From the IMG/VR virus record IMGVR_UViG_3300046832_000578: a stretch of DNA of 64,000 nt; one strand, 5' to 3'. The notes beneath the pieces were generated by a model. That model saw only the letters and a list, made by a program, of their open reading frames with translations, made no database searches and had not been told where the DNA came from. Each line of letters starts with the position of its first letter. Positions within the stretch are counted from its first letter, which is position 1. The DNA is from a virus. Positions 1-9,354 of this stretch are shown here, piece after piece. A program made the translations under genes and the position numbers.

Positions 1-40
1 GAAATTAAAAACACTGAGTATTGGATCGCTAAGGAACGAA

Positions 41-256
41 ATGTTTAAAACAGCCAATGAGTTTTCTCTATACATCGAGCAGATTGTTCGAGATAAAAAG
101 ATGACTTATATGGATGCTGTGCTCGAATATTGTAAAGAAAATTACTTGGAGCCAGAAGATGTTTCTAAACTTATTAACAAGTCACTCAAAGATAAAATCG
201 AAATGAACTTTCGAGAATTAAACTACCTACCTAAACAAGCACAACTAGATGTCTGA
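41..256 (+). CDS. 33: Late promoter transcription co-activator gp33
   Basis: FSLYIE...YMDAVLEYC.EN.LEPE.V.KLINKSLKDKIE...LNYLPK pattern typical of T4-like gp33; adjacent to gp59/gp32. Confidence 0.85.
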   Translation: MFKTANEFSLYIEQIVRDKKMTYMDAVLEYCKENYLEPEDVSKLINKSLKDKIEMNFRELNYLPKQAQLDV

Positions 257-452
257 AAATAAACTAACCATTATTGCACTCATAGTATTCATGATGTGTC
301 AGTTTGGTTTCTTTTGGTACACAAAAGATTCTTTCAAAGGACTGTCCGTAAGATATGATTGTAGTATATCTGAAATTTCTCCAGACTTTCCAATACAAGT
401 GAAAGAAGAATGTAGAAAACTTAGAGCAAAATATAGCGATGGACGGATATAA
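249..452 (+). CDS. Small hypothetical membrane protein
   Basis: N-terminal hydrophobic helix; overlaps both neighbouring genes. Confidence 0.6.
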   Translation: MSENKLTIIALIVFMMCQFGFFWYTKDSFKGLSVRYDCSISEISPDFPIQVKEECRKLRAKYSDGRI

Positions 453-1050
453 AGCATACCGTTATTACCTAGCAATTAAACTTCACTTTACCACTGACAA
501 ATTTGATGTTTTCCAAAACAGAGGAAATGTTAAAGGTACTCGTGAAGCATTTAACGCTAGGAATGACAGATACATATTTGAGAAGTTAGCACAGAAGCAT
601 TCTGATGATAAAGAGATTATTCAGTTCTTCGTTTCCAATTTTGCATATGGAAATGATACTGCAATCTATGCTGGTCAGGAAGCAGAAGATAACTTCATGC
701 AATGGAACAAACGAAAACAAAGTATCACAAAGATCTTTGTAGACGATTTGGCAACACTACTCACACACATAGAAACAAACAGATTAAAACACTCTGCAAT
801 ATTTGAGTTTACCGAAAACGAATATCCTGTAGCATTAAAGATGTTTGTTGGTGGTAAAATTTCAATAGAAACTTTGAGAATCATAGATGACTTCACAGAC
901 ATCCTTGAAAAATGGAATCAGAATCTATCTGTAAAATACATCTGGGATACTGAGATGCGTAGAATTAAAAAGTTGACTGGATTCGTAAAATACGATAAGA
1001 TTAAGATAGAGAAAATCTTTAGTGCCTTCAAAGAAGAACTTGCAGAATAA
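439..1050 (+). CDS. 59: Helicase loader gp59
   Basis: Y..YLAIKLHFTTDKFD...F..RND.Y.FEKLA motif; ISIETL; synteny with 33 and 32. Confidence 0.9.
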   Translation: MDGYKAYRYYLAIKLHFTTDKFDVFQNRGNVKGTREAFNARNDRYIFEKLAQKHSDDKEIIQFFVSNFAYGNDTAIYAGQEAEDNFMQWNKRKQSITKIFVDDLATLLTHIETNRLKHSAIFEFTENEYPVALKMFVGGKISIETLRIIDDFTDILEKWNQNLSVKYIWDTEMRRIKKLTGFVKYDKIKIEKIFSAFKEELAE

Positions 1051-1053
1051 ATC

Positions 1054-1278
1054 ATGGGTAAGACTTATAAGAAACAACCTCATCGTTACGATGATGAGAA
1101 TGCCAGTGGGCGATCTGGAAAACATGCCAATCACTCTAACAATAAAAAGAGTGGTGGTATGAAAACGCTAAATAGTTATGTTGAAGAAGATATTGATTTA
1201 GATGATGACATCTTTGATGATGATATTGAAATGACTGATGAAATCGACATTCAACATATACAAAATAATAATCCGTAA
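1054..1278 (+). CDS. Hypothetical protein, basic N-terminus and acidic C-terminus
   Basis: Fills the gap between gp59 and gp32 in the same orientation. Confidence 0.65.
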   Translation: MGKTYKKQPHRYDDENASGRSGKHANHSNNKKSGGMKTLNSYVEEDIDLDDDIFDDDIEMTDEIDIQHIQNNNP

Positions 1279-1302
1279 TACATATATACAAAGGAAAATA
1301 CG

Positions 1303-2211
1303 ATGGATATTCAAGCACTCCGCAAAATGCGCAACTCAGACTTTGGTGCAATCTCTAATGCATTCGAGAAAGTCGCAAACCCCCAAACAGAAACTAAGTC
1401 ATATGTCGATGATCGCTTTTGGCGATTGGAAGGTGACAAAGCAGGTAATGGCACAGCCACACTTCGCTTTCTTCCACGAGTAGAAGGTGATGAACTCCCA
1501 TGGGTTCGAATCTTTTCTCATGGCTTCCAAGGTCCAACTGGTAAGTGGTATATTGAAAACTCTCTAACCACTCTTGGTGAGAACGATCCTGTTGGTGAGT
1601 TGAACACCACTCTTTGGAACTCTGGTTCTGAAGCCAACAAAGAAATCGCTCGCAAACAAAAGCGTAAACTCTCTTTCATTGCTAATGTTCTGATTGTATC
1701 AGATCCAAAGCATCCTGAAAACGAGGGTAAGGTATTCTTGTTTAAATTCGGTAAGAAAATCTTTGATAAGATTATGGACAAGGCTCGTCCAACTTTTGAA
1801 GACGAGAAGCCAGTCAATGTCTTTGATTTGTGGGAAGGTGCAAACTTCAAAATGCGTATGCGTAAGAAAGATGGTTACGCCAACTATGATGAGTCAGGTT
1901 TCAGCGAACCAGTGGCAGTTTCTGATAATGAAGAAAAACTATTGGCTATCGTAAACGCACAAACCAAGTTGTCTGAGTTTACAGATCGTAAAAACTTTAA
2001 ATCTTATGATGAGTTGAAAAAGAAACTCAATGAAGTTTTGTCTGGTGATTCTTTTGCAAGCAAGTCTGCTGCAGAGATTGCCGAACAGGAAGATCGTCCA
2101 GTAGCATCTGCACCAAAGGTTGCCTCAAAACCAGCACCAAAGATGCCTGAGATTAATGACGATGACGATGATGTTATGTCTTACTTCGAGAAGATTGCTA
2201 AAGAAGATTAA
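1303..2211 (+). CDS. 32: Single-stranded DNA-binding protein gp32
   Basis: DDRFW..DKAGNG.A.LRFLP, HGFQGPTGKWYIENSLTTLG, FGKKIFDKI, acidic tail; AAGGA RBS. Confidence 0.97.
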   Translation: MDIQALRKMRNSDFGAISNAFEKVANPQTETKSYVDDRFWRLEGDKAGNGTATLRFLPRVEGDELPWVRIFSHGFQGPTGKWYIENSLTTLGENDPVGELNTTLWNSGSEANKEIARKQKRKLSFIANVLIVSDPKHPENEGKVFLFKFGKKIFDKIMDKARPTFEDEKPVNVFDLWEGANFKMRMRKKDGYANYDESGFSEPVAVSDNEEKLLAIVNAQTKLSEFTDRKNFKSYDELKKKLNEVLSGDSFASKSAAEIAEQEDRPVASAPKVASKPAPKMPEINDDDDDVMSYFEKIAKED

Positions 2212-2228
2212 TCTTTAGAGTAGAAATT

Positions 2229-2257
2229 AAAAAGGGATCTTTACGATCCCTTTTTTT
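2229..2257. terminator. Bidirectional intrinsic terminator
   Basis: AAAAAGGGATC-TTTAC-GATCCCTTTTTTT hairpin between convergent genes. Confidence 0.85.
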
Positions 2258-4136
2258 ATGCGTATTTGCTTCGTTGCCAAGAACTAAGAGATGACTCTTG
2301 ATTTCTTACTGGTGGTTTAATTAGTTGTGTTTGACGAGTTGTATTATTAATTGTTGGAGCAACAACAGAAGTATTGCCACCACCTCCACCAGATTGTCTT
2401 TCTGCTGCACGATTCTCAGCAGACTTACTATTCACCAATCCAGCAGCACCCATCGCTGCACCCATTGCTGCAATTTTATCAGTAGGTAATGCAGCAATTG
2501 CTTTAATCTTATCGGTGTCTATGGCAGAGAATGCTTTCATTCCTGATGCTAATTTTTCTACACCGATACCTGCCTTCTCAATGTTTGGACCACTCTCACC
2601 GAGTTTCATAATCTGATCAACGGCAGATCCACCTGGAGTTACTGCACCGAGTAATCCACTAACTAAGTTACCAACACCAGCAATCGCTGAGCCAGCACCA
2701 AATGCAGCCATCGCTCCACTAATTGCGAATAGCCCACCAGCAGTTTGAGCAAGTGAACTACCATCTATCGCTGCTAATCTTTCAATACTAGAAACAACAG
2801 CATCAATGATTGCTATAATTGAGTCAGAGATAGCACCAATCACTCCCATAATAACATCACCAACTCCTTTGATTACCTCTGGGATTTTTTCAATAGCAGC
2901 AACAAATACATTTTGTATAACATCGGCAACTTTCATTAACACTGGAGCTAATGCTTCCATAAATGGTGCAGCCATTTCAAGTGCTTTACCAATACCCATC
3001 ATAGCAAGAGTAAATGCAGCAAGTCCGACTAATGTTAATGGATTTGCCAGAAATGATACACCAATAGCAAGCCCACGAAGAAACTTAATAATTGCTTGTC
3101 CAGCAGAACCAGCCAAACTTGAAAGTGCTTTACCAATAGATACCAGACCAGTAGCTATGCCTTGCAAGAATCCAGCGATACCCTTTCCTGCCCCAGTCAT
3201 CAATCCCTGTAAACCAGCACCCAGCGACTTTAATCCCAAACCAAGTCCACCCAACAAACCACCTCCGCCACTATCGCCAGCCTCTGCTTTAGTTGTTGGT
3301 GTTCCACCTGGACGAGTATTTTCTTCTATTTTTGTTAGAAGATCTGCCTGCGCACCTTGAACTTTTAGTTGTTCGTTTGCAGCTTCTTGTTGTTCACCAG
3401 CAGACGCAAATGCAGCAGTGGGAGTTTTTTCTTCCTGAAGACTTTGTGCTCTTAAATCATATTTGGCGAGTTCACCAGTACTTTGTTCTCTTGACGCAAG
3501 AAGTTTTTTACCTTCAGTAGATTTTGCTACTTGTTCATCACTAAAACCAGTGGTTTGTTTAAACTCTGCTATCTTTGTTTCGTTATTTTTAATTTCTTTA
3601 GTTGCGGCATATGCACCTTTGAAGTTCTTTGATGCCTCATCTCGAGACATTGAAGGATTAATTGCTTTTTGTGCTTTAATAAACTTTTCTTTTTCGATAG
3701 ATTTATTAAAAATTCCTAAAGGATTAACTGCTTTCATAGCAGTTGTTTTTAGTGCACCGACACTACCAAACTTATCAGAAAAACCTTTCTTTAAGTCACC
3801 TATTCTATCACCAAGTGATCTAAAAGTTTTCATACCTTCTGCTAAACTAGCAATGGCTTTTGCTTCTTCTGCACGAATTTTTGCTTGCTCTTTCATATTG
3901 GCAAGCATTTCTTTTTGTGTGACTAATAATTGTTTATCTGTTTCTAAAGTTTCAGCCTCAATTTTTTCTTGACGATCACCATCATCATCAATCTTTTTAG
4001 TTTCAACTAAAGTTGCTATTTGAGTGAGTTGTGCTGTTTCAAGTAATTTACGCATAGTAAATAAATGCTCGTTAGCAGTTGCCTGCATATCAAGCATTGC
4101 AGCGAAGTTTTTAGGTGATGCTGTTATGACTGCCAT
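2256..4136 (-). CDS. Probable tail tape measure / baseplate hub protein (gp29-like)
   Basis: 626 aa with a coiled-coil N-half and Ala/Gly-rich amphipathic/hydrophobic helices; C-terminal NTSVVAPTINN motif; directly downstream of gp26/gp51. Confidence 0.7.
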   Translation of the reverse strand: MAVITASPKNFAAMLDMQATANEHLFTMRKLLETAQLTQIATLVETKKIDDDGDRQEKIEAETLETDKQLLVTQKEMLANMKEQAKIRAEEAKAIASLAEGMKTFRSLGDRIGDLKKGFSDKFGSVGALKTTAMKAVNPLGIFNKSIEKEKFIKAQKAINPSMSRDEASKNFKGAYAATKEIKNNETKIAEFKQTTGFSDEQVAKSTEGKKLLASREQSTGELAKYDLRAQSLQEEKTPTAAFASAGEQQEAANEQLKVQGAQADLLTKIEENTRPGGTPTTKAEAGDSGGGGLLGGLGLGLKSLGAGLQGLMTGAGKGIAGFLQGIATGLVSIGKALSSLAGSAGQAIIKFLRGLAIGVSFLANPLTLVGLAAFTLAMMGIGKALEMAAPFMEALAPVLMKVADVIQNVFVAAIEKIPEVIKGVGDVIMGVIGAISDSIIAIIDAVVSSIERLAAIDGSSLAQTAGGLFAISGAMAAFGAGSAIAGVGNLVSGLLGAVTPGGSAVDQIMKLGESGPNIEKAGIGVEKLASGMKAFSAIDTDKIKAIAALPTDKIAAMGAAMGAAGLVNSKSAENRAAERQSGGGGGNTSVVAPTINNTTRQTQLIKPPVRNQESSLSSWQRSKYA

Positions 4137-4139
4137 CTC

Positions 4140-4333
4140 TTACCTTTTCTTAGATTCTATTCTTTTCTTTTCTTCTTCTAGATACTCAATCAACATATAA
4201 ACATACACTTCTCTTTCAAACGGAATCATTTCCTCAAGTTCCGTTAGCGAGTATTTGTGGTACTGCATCAGAGCGAAATTCATTTTATAGTAATTCGCCA
4301 ATGTTTCATGACAAAGGTTAATTAAAAAAAACT
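4140..4333 (-). CDS. 51: Baseplate hub assembly protein gp51 (start uncertain: internal ATG at 4283 or -1 frameshift from gp26)
   Basis: L.NYYK.NFALMQYHKYSLTELE.MIPFERE.Y..ML..YLEEE signature of T4-like gp51. Confidence 0.85.
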
Positions 4334-5044
4334 TTGCATGCCCTCCAGCATCTTCCTGTGTTGTTTTTGGCACACAGGGCAAGTGTATTCTATTTCCTTT
4401 TTAATTCTTGGCATTGTAGCAAAGAATTGTTGAACCTTAACGAACTGTTCAGAGGTTAGATTGTTTAAAAACTGTAACAACTCTTCATGTTTCTGTTCTT
4501 TACCATAGAAAATCTCTTCACCCTGATAGATGTAGTCGATAGAATCTGCAACTACACTAAACACTTTATCTAAGTCATTTGTATCAAGATTTTCTAATCG
4601 TTTCATAACATCCATAGTTGGATATTTCATAACGACTCCAACATCACCAAAAAGATTAATCTTGTTGTTATGATTCGGATCTTTTTCTACAATCAATGTA
4701 GTTAAATCAATAGAAACTTTAACTCTAGCCTTTTCGTTATCTTCACCATGGTCGATATCACATGGGAATATTAACTCAATAATTTCACCAACAGACTTTG
4801 CTCTAATTTGAGTAAACATATACTCAAGATCAAATGTCGCTAGTTTATCAACATCAAGTGTGTCTAGTACACAAGTGTTAATGATTCCCTTTAAAGTTTG
4901 AATCATAACACCAATATCTTCACTCTGTTGTGCAATTAGTAGTGCCTTTTCCTCTTTAACAAGGAAAGGTCTAAACTTCACACTCACTCCACTCGAGGGC
5001 ACGACCATTGTATAGGTCGGTGCACTCATCATCGGTAATGCCAT
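4322..5044 (-). CDS. 26: Baseplate hub subunit/chaperone gp26
   Basis: MALP...PTY....PS.G..VKFRPFLVKEEK.LL; FDLEY.F..IRAKSVGE; FF.TMP; CPVC; ends EGMQSFF. Confidence 0.92.
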   Translation of the reverse strand: MALPMMSAPTYTMVVPSSGVSVKFRPFLVKEEKALLIAQQSEDIGVMIQTLKGIINTCVLDTLDVDKLATFDLEYMFTQIRAKSVGEIIELIFPCDIDHGEDNEKARVKVSIDLTTLIVEKDPNHNNKINLFGDVGVVMKYPTMDVMKRLENLDTNDLDKVFSVVADSIDYIYQGEEIFYGKEQKHEELLQFLNNLTSEQFVKVQQFFATMPRIKKEIEYTCPVCQKQHRKMLEGMQSFF

Positions 5045-5045
5045 A

Positions 5046-5459
5046 TTATTCTCCTTTAGCCATATTCTTAATTAACTTATTCAACTCAGCAGTGCTACCT
5101 ACAAAGATAGCATTGTTTGTAACCTGTTTGGCTTTTTCTGCCTTAGATGGTTCATCTAGTTTTTGTTTCTGTTGATGTAAATCTAATAATTGTTGGTTTA
5201 TATCTGCCAACTGCTTCATTAGATTTCCAACAACTTCAAAAGCACGAGGATGTTCTGACTGCATAGCCACATCCAAAGACTTTTGTAGTGCCTCTTGTCC
5301 TTGTTGTAAAAGGATACGAAGATTATTACGAGTTACTTCATAATCATCTTCAATTTTATTATTTGAGTGTGATACAATTACACCATCTTTATCAATCACT
5401 TCTGTAGGTGTCATAGTTTTCACTTCAAAAACTTCAGATAACGAGTCATCAATTTTCAT
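5046..5459 (-). CDS. 16: Terminase small subunit gp16
   Basis: DYE.TR.NL...G.EAL...A..SEHPRAFEV....K...D....L.DL; TNNAIFVGSTAEL. Confidence 0.92.
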   Translation of the reverse strand: MKIDDSLSEVFEVKTMTPTEVIDKDGVIVSHSNNKIEDDYEVTRNNLRILLQQGQEALQKSLDVAMQSEHPRAFEVVGNLMKQLADINQQLLDLHQQKQKLDEPSKAEKAKQVTNNAIFVGSTAELNKLIKNMAKGE

Positions 5460-5462
5460 TAT

Positions 5463-5681
5463 TTAATCTTTCTTAGCAAACTTTTCTGATGCAGTAAATC
5501 CTAGACCAGCTATAACAATATATATCATGGACTCAAATAGTGCTGGTGTTATTTTGTATCCGTGTATGTCAGCAATAAAACCATATACACAAACAATAAA
5601 TGCTAAGAAAGTTATAACTCTCTTGCTTGAAACAGAGCCATTAACACTATCTGCCAACATACTTTTTAGCCAATTATTCAT
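5463..5681 (-). CDS. Small two-TM membrane protein (possible holin-like)
   Basis: SSKR followed by two hydrophobic segments and a basic C-terminus. Confidence 0.55.
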   Translation of the reverse strand: MNNWLKSMLADSVNGSVSSKRVITFLAFIVCVYGFIADIHGYKITPALFESMIYIVIAGLGFTASEKFAKKD

Positions 5682-6427
5682 TAGAATTTTAATAATCCAG
5701 GAAGTTTAGTTACACCATATGTAAGAGCAGAACCTGTTAGGAAATTACCTGCCTGAGTACCGATAGTTTTGTTTAATGTTTCTTGGAATCCAGTAAAGTT
5801 CTTTGTTAGTTTATCAAACCAACTTGTTGGAACTTTCTCGCCATCTTTTAATGGAGTCACTGCAGTTGCTGTCCAATATTTGTATTGAATAGTTACTGGA
5901 AGTTTCATAATCTCTTTTGATGCTTGGTCCAAAGTGATTGAACCAATATTCTTTGGATAGCACTCCCATAGAGTCATTTCATAACGAGTATTATCATTGA
6001 TATCTTGAACTTCAATAACCATGTTACTAATGTAGTTGTTATAGTAGTTCCAGTTTCTTGTAGTTGGATTTTGAATTTGATCAATCCAACGATCGAATAA
6101 ATCTTTAACTTTTAGATCGTTGTCAACATAGAAAGTCATGTTTACATTGTCATATAATTTCTCGTATGGGACTTCACGGAATTCACCATATGTTCTATTT
6201 TGAATTGTAGAGAAATTAACTCCAGGAAGTTGCACTGTGTCACAGAACAGAAGAACTTTTTGTAATGCTTGTGGATTTACGCCAGATGGAGGAGTAAATA
6301 ATACAACGAAACGATTTTGTCTTGCCATCGCCCCAGATTTAACCTGAGAGATAAAATCATTTATGCTTCTAGGTTTAGCGTTACCTCTAGCAGTATCTTT
6401 TGTTAAAAATGGTAGATTAAGTGCCAT
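5681..6427 (-). CDS. 54: Baseplate-tail tube initiator gp54 (gp19-like fold)
   Basis: AR.NRF.V, C..V.LPG, PY...Y..V..TFY.D, L.ECYPK.I, V...Y.YW. Confidence 0.8.
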   Translation of the reverse strand: MALNLPFLTKDTARGNAKPRSINDFISQVKSGAMARQNRFVVLFTPPSGVNPQALQKVLLFCDTVQLPGVNFSTIQNRTYGEFREVPYEKLYDNVNMTFYVDNDLKVKDLFDRWIDQIQNPTTRNWNYYNNYISNMVIEVQDINDNTRYEMTLWECYPKNIGSITLDQASKEIMKLPVTIQYKYWTATAVTPLKDGEKVPTSWFDKLTKNFTGFQETLNKTIGTQAGNFLTGSALTYGVTKLPGLLKF

Positions 6428-6428
6428 T

Positions 6429-7031
6429 TTAATTTTTCCTAATTATTTTTCTGGAGTCTGCCCAGATTTCTTGTTTAGATGCACCGACAAATCTTTCAAC
6501 AGGTAACAACATAGCAGTTGCCCAATTACTAGATTCTACTTGTCGGAATTGAGTTCTTACATGCCCAACCAAATACTGTTTTACGCAGGGTTTTGCAGCT
6601 GCATACTTAGACATACCATCAATTAGTGCCCATGAATATTTTAATCTGGTGGTTTCATCAAATCTTTGATTACTCGAATAGGTCAATAGATTGTCCAATA
6701 GGTTAATTCTTAATGGATATGGTAAATAGTGCATATTTAAACCGATAAATCCATCTGGAGTTTTACGGAAAGGAAATACTAAAGGAAATCTATCATAATA
6801 CGGTAGTTCTGCTTTAGTCTTTGGATCATATACAAACATGTATAGATGTCCAGGCATTATCTTAGTGACCAACTGATCAGGATTACCATTTAACACTCTT
6901 TGTGGAGTGAGTTGTTGCCTAGTCATTATTAAGACTTGTTGTTCAAACCAAGCACGACTCTTTTTAACTGCTGTTTTTAGGTCGTATTGATTCTTTTCAA
7001 ATACATCGAGTAAGGTTGATTTTTTAGCCAT
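6429..7031 (-). CDS. 2: DNA end protector protein gp2
   Basis: G.LYMFVYDPKTK..LPYYD.FPLV, GLN.HYLP, K.YL..HV, W.DSR. Confidence 0.93.
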   Translation of the reverse strand: MAKKSTLLDVFEKNQYDLKTAVKKSRAWFEQQVLIMTRQQLTPQRVLNGNPDQLVTKIMPGHLYMFVYDPKTKAELPYYDRFPLVFPFRKTPDGFIGLNMHYLPYPLRINLLDNLLTYSSNQRFDETTRLKYSWALIDGMSKYAAAKPCVKQYLVGHVRTQFRQVESSNWATAMLLPVERFVGASKQEIWADSRKIIRKN

Positions 7032-7035
7032 AAGA

Positions 7036-7467
7036 TTATTTAGGTGTCAGACCCAACTCGTGTTCAGTTATAATTTTAAACTCCCAACCACGATCTTTAG
7101 CGTAATTAGTTGCAGCTTCCCATTTTGCTTGGTTTTTCATAAATGTTAAAGACTCCATTAGGTATCTTTGTGTTCGTTTTCCAGGATATTCTGGTAGCTG
7201 AGTTTGTTTATAGGGTTTAACTTCAACAAGATATGTTTTTCCTGTATTTACTGTTATTTTAAAGTCTACGAAATAACGATGAATGTGATTATCCGTAGGA
7301 CAACGATAGGGTATAATCGTTTCCTCTGAAGACCATTTAACTACACTGGGGTTTTTATCACACCAAGATGCAAACATAGTTTCCCATGAACTTCTCATTA
7401 TGATATTGGTTGGATCTCCAGCGTATTTTTCTGGGAATATTGGAGTGTACTTTCTCTTATGGAACAT
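7036..7467 (-). CDS. 4: Head completion nuclease gp4
   Basis: P.KY.GDP.NII.RSSWE, WSSEE..IPY, HRYFVDF, EVKP..QT, NQAKW.AA. Confidence 0.95.
   Translation of the reverse strand: MFHKRKYTPIFPEKYAGDPTNIIMRSSWETMFASWCDKNPSVVKWSSEETIIPYRCPTDNHIHRYFVDFKITVNTGKTYLVEVKPYKQTQLPEYPGKRTQRYLMESLTFMKNQAKWEAATNYAKDRGWEFKIITEHELGLTPK
7037..7043 (-). promoter_or_regulatory. T4-type late promoter core (CTAAATA) for gp2
   Basis: CTAAATA on the minus strand just upstream of the gp2 start. Confidence 0.55.
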
Positions 7468-7501
7468 AAATAAGTAATTAGGATAAACTCCGTTTATTTA
7501 G
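7465..7501. promoter_or_regulatory. Divergent late promoters (CATAAATA plus strand 7465-7472; CTAAATA minus strand 7495-7501)
   Basis: Face-to-face NTAAATA cores between divergent gp4 and gp48. Confidence 0.65.
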
Positions 7502-7516
7502 GTCAAAAGGTACAAA

Positions 7517-8623
7517 ATGGCTAGTCAAGCAGATATCCGCAGAATCGACAATGCTATCGATTCAGCAGTAACAAATCTCTACACCAAACGAGGTGGTCCA
7601 CGAGAGTTTGAAAAAAATGGCGAATTAAACAAATATGAAGTAAAAAGCCATTCATATCCAGACGATTTGATGGCTTCCGATAATCGTTATGGTGGAAATT
7701 ATGTTGTATTTTATATTAACATCGCTGTTGATTCTAAGTTAGCAAAAGAACTTGGGGAAGATCAATTTGTTAAAGAGATACCACCAAGAGATCGTGGAGA
7801 TTTTGTTGCACAAAATTTAGATAGAACCAAATTGTTTGCAGCAAGTGCCACTCTTAATGCTGGTGGAGCACTACTTGGTAAGGCATTGGGTATTGGTGGT
7901 GCTTCTGCTGGTGCAGCTGCACTGGCTACTGTTGGTGCTGGCGCAACTGCTAATTATGCAGCATCTGCAAATCGAGCACAAAAACGATTAAAGACTGCTG
8001 TAGCCCTTCATGTTCCAAATCAATTACAAATCCGTTATGGTATGCAATATTCAGAAGAAGATACATTGGCGATGGCCATGGCTTCTACTGGTATTGAAGA
8101 GATTTTAAAAGCTACTGCTAGTGGTGGTAAGGTAAAAGATCTTGCTGAACCAGCACAGGCAGCAGTAACAAATCTTATGCTATCAAAAGGTCCAGGTGCT
8201 GCAGCACTATCAGCTGCAACTGGATTGGCAGCAAATCCAAAGAAAGAACAAGTATTTAAAGGTGTAGATTTTAGAACATTTGCTTTTGATTATCAGTTCT
8301 TTCCAAGAAGTGCAGCTGAAGCAGAAAATGTGATGCGTATCATTTACGAGTTTAAATATCATATGCATCCAGAGTTTAAAGACTCAAATAATTTTGTTTA
8401 TATCTACCCTTCTGAATTTGATATTTTTTACTATCAAAATGGGTTGGAAAATAGAAATTTACATCGCCATACATCTTGTGTACTAACAGAAATGAATATC
8501 AACTATACTCCAAATGGTAACTTTACTACATATGATAATGGTATGCCTACACAGATTAATGTAACAATGAACTTTAGAGAACTTGCTCTTCTTACCAAAG
8601 ATAAAGTTAAGGATGGTATGTAA
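7517..8623 (+). CDS. 48: Baseplate tail tube cap gp48
   Basis: NP..EQ.F.GV.FR.F.F.Y.F.PRS..EA, YPSEFDI, CVLT...INYTPNG, F.EL. Confidence 0.9.
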   Translation: MASQADIRRIDNAIDSAVTNLYTKRGGPREFEKNGELNKYEVKSHSYPDDLMASDNRYGGNYVVFYINIAVDSKLAKELGEDQFVKEIPPRDRGDFVAQNLDRTKLFAASATLNAGGALLGKALGIGGASAGAAALATVGAGATANYAASANRAQKRLKTAVALHVPNQLQIRYGMQYSEEDTLAMAMASTGIEEILKATASGGKVKDLAEPAQAAVTNLMLSKGPGAAALSAATGLAANPKKEQVFKGVDFRTFAFDYQFFPRSAAEAENVMRIIYEFKYHMHPEFKDSNNFVYIYPSEFDIFYYQNGLENRNLHRHTSCVLTEMNINYTPNGNFTTYDNGMPTQINVTMNFRELALLTKDKVKDGM

Positions 8624-9354
8624 TGTACTTCAAAGAATTTCCAGAATTTTTATACGACTTCCGCTATGGAACATATGAAACAAAAACTTCAATTGTAAGA
8701 GACATCACACGAAATGTTCGTTTTCGTAAAGAGGTTTTAGACAATATTGGAGTATATGACGAGTATGATATTGTAGATGGAGAAACTCCAGAGATTATCG
8801 CAGAAAAGATTTACGGTAATCCAGAATATCATTGGATTATTATGCTAGCAAATCAGCGTTATGATTATCTAACAGACTTCCCATTACCTGAATTAGAATT
8901 GGTTGAGGCAGGCAAGGCAGTTTTTAATCCATCATTTACCGCAACAAGTTGGTCATATAGTGGAACAACAATTACAGTAACTAAAGCCATTCACGGATTA
9001 CTATCTTCACCAACTACAACAGTAACTTTATCTGGTGCAACTGCCACCACAAATGCTCCGAATGGAACATACACGATAACATCAGTAACAGCAGATACTT
9101 TTACATTCACTGCAACTTCTGCTCCAACTGGTACTGCTGGTGGGACAGTCACAGTTAAAACTGCTGGTCGTGAAAATTATAGTCACCACTATGTAAATGC
9201 TGCAGGATATAATGTTAATTCGACAGTTGCAGGTGCAGTTAATGTAACAAATATTCAATGGTTTAGAGATGAAAATGAAGAGAAAAGAAGAATAAAAATT
9301 ATTTCACCACAAATTATTAATAAAATTCTAACAGATTATAAAGATCTATTGTAA
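8623..9354 (+). CDS. 53: Baseplate wedge subunit gp53 with inserted S/T-rich domain
   Basis: MYF..FP, Y.I.DGETPE.IA.K.YG...YHWII.LAN, HHY, NE.KR.IKI. Confidence 0.9.
   Translation: MYFKEFPEFLYDFRYGTYETKTSIVRDITRNVRFRKEVLDNIGVYDEYDIVDGETPEIIAEKIYGNPEYHWIIMLANQRYDYLTDFPLPELELVEAGKAVFNPSFTATSWSYSGTTITVTKAIHGLLSSPTTTVTLSGATATTNAPNGTYTITSVTADTFTFTATSAPTGTAGGTVTVKTAGRENYSHHYVNAAGYNVNSTVAGAVNVTNIQWFRDENEEKRRIKIISPQIINKILTDYKDLL

Noticed and set aside
2374-3972. Plus-strand ORFs (80-184 aa) opposite the tape measure gene
   Set aside because: Antisense shadows of a biased-codon gene; no RBS or motifs. The same applies to the many short antisense or alternate-frame ORFs across the structural genes.
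4334-4382. ORF-track N-terminus (MPCVPKTT...) for gp51
   Set aside because: Overlaps the conserved gp26 C-terminus, has no RBS and no gp51-like sequence; a frameshift or internal start is more plausible.
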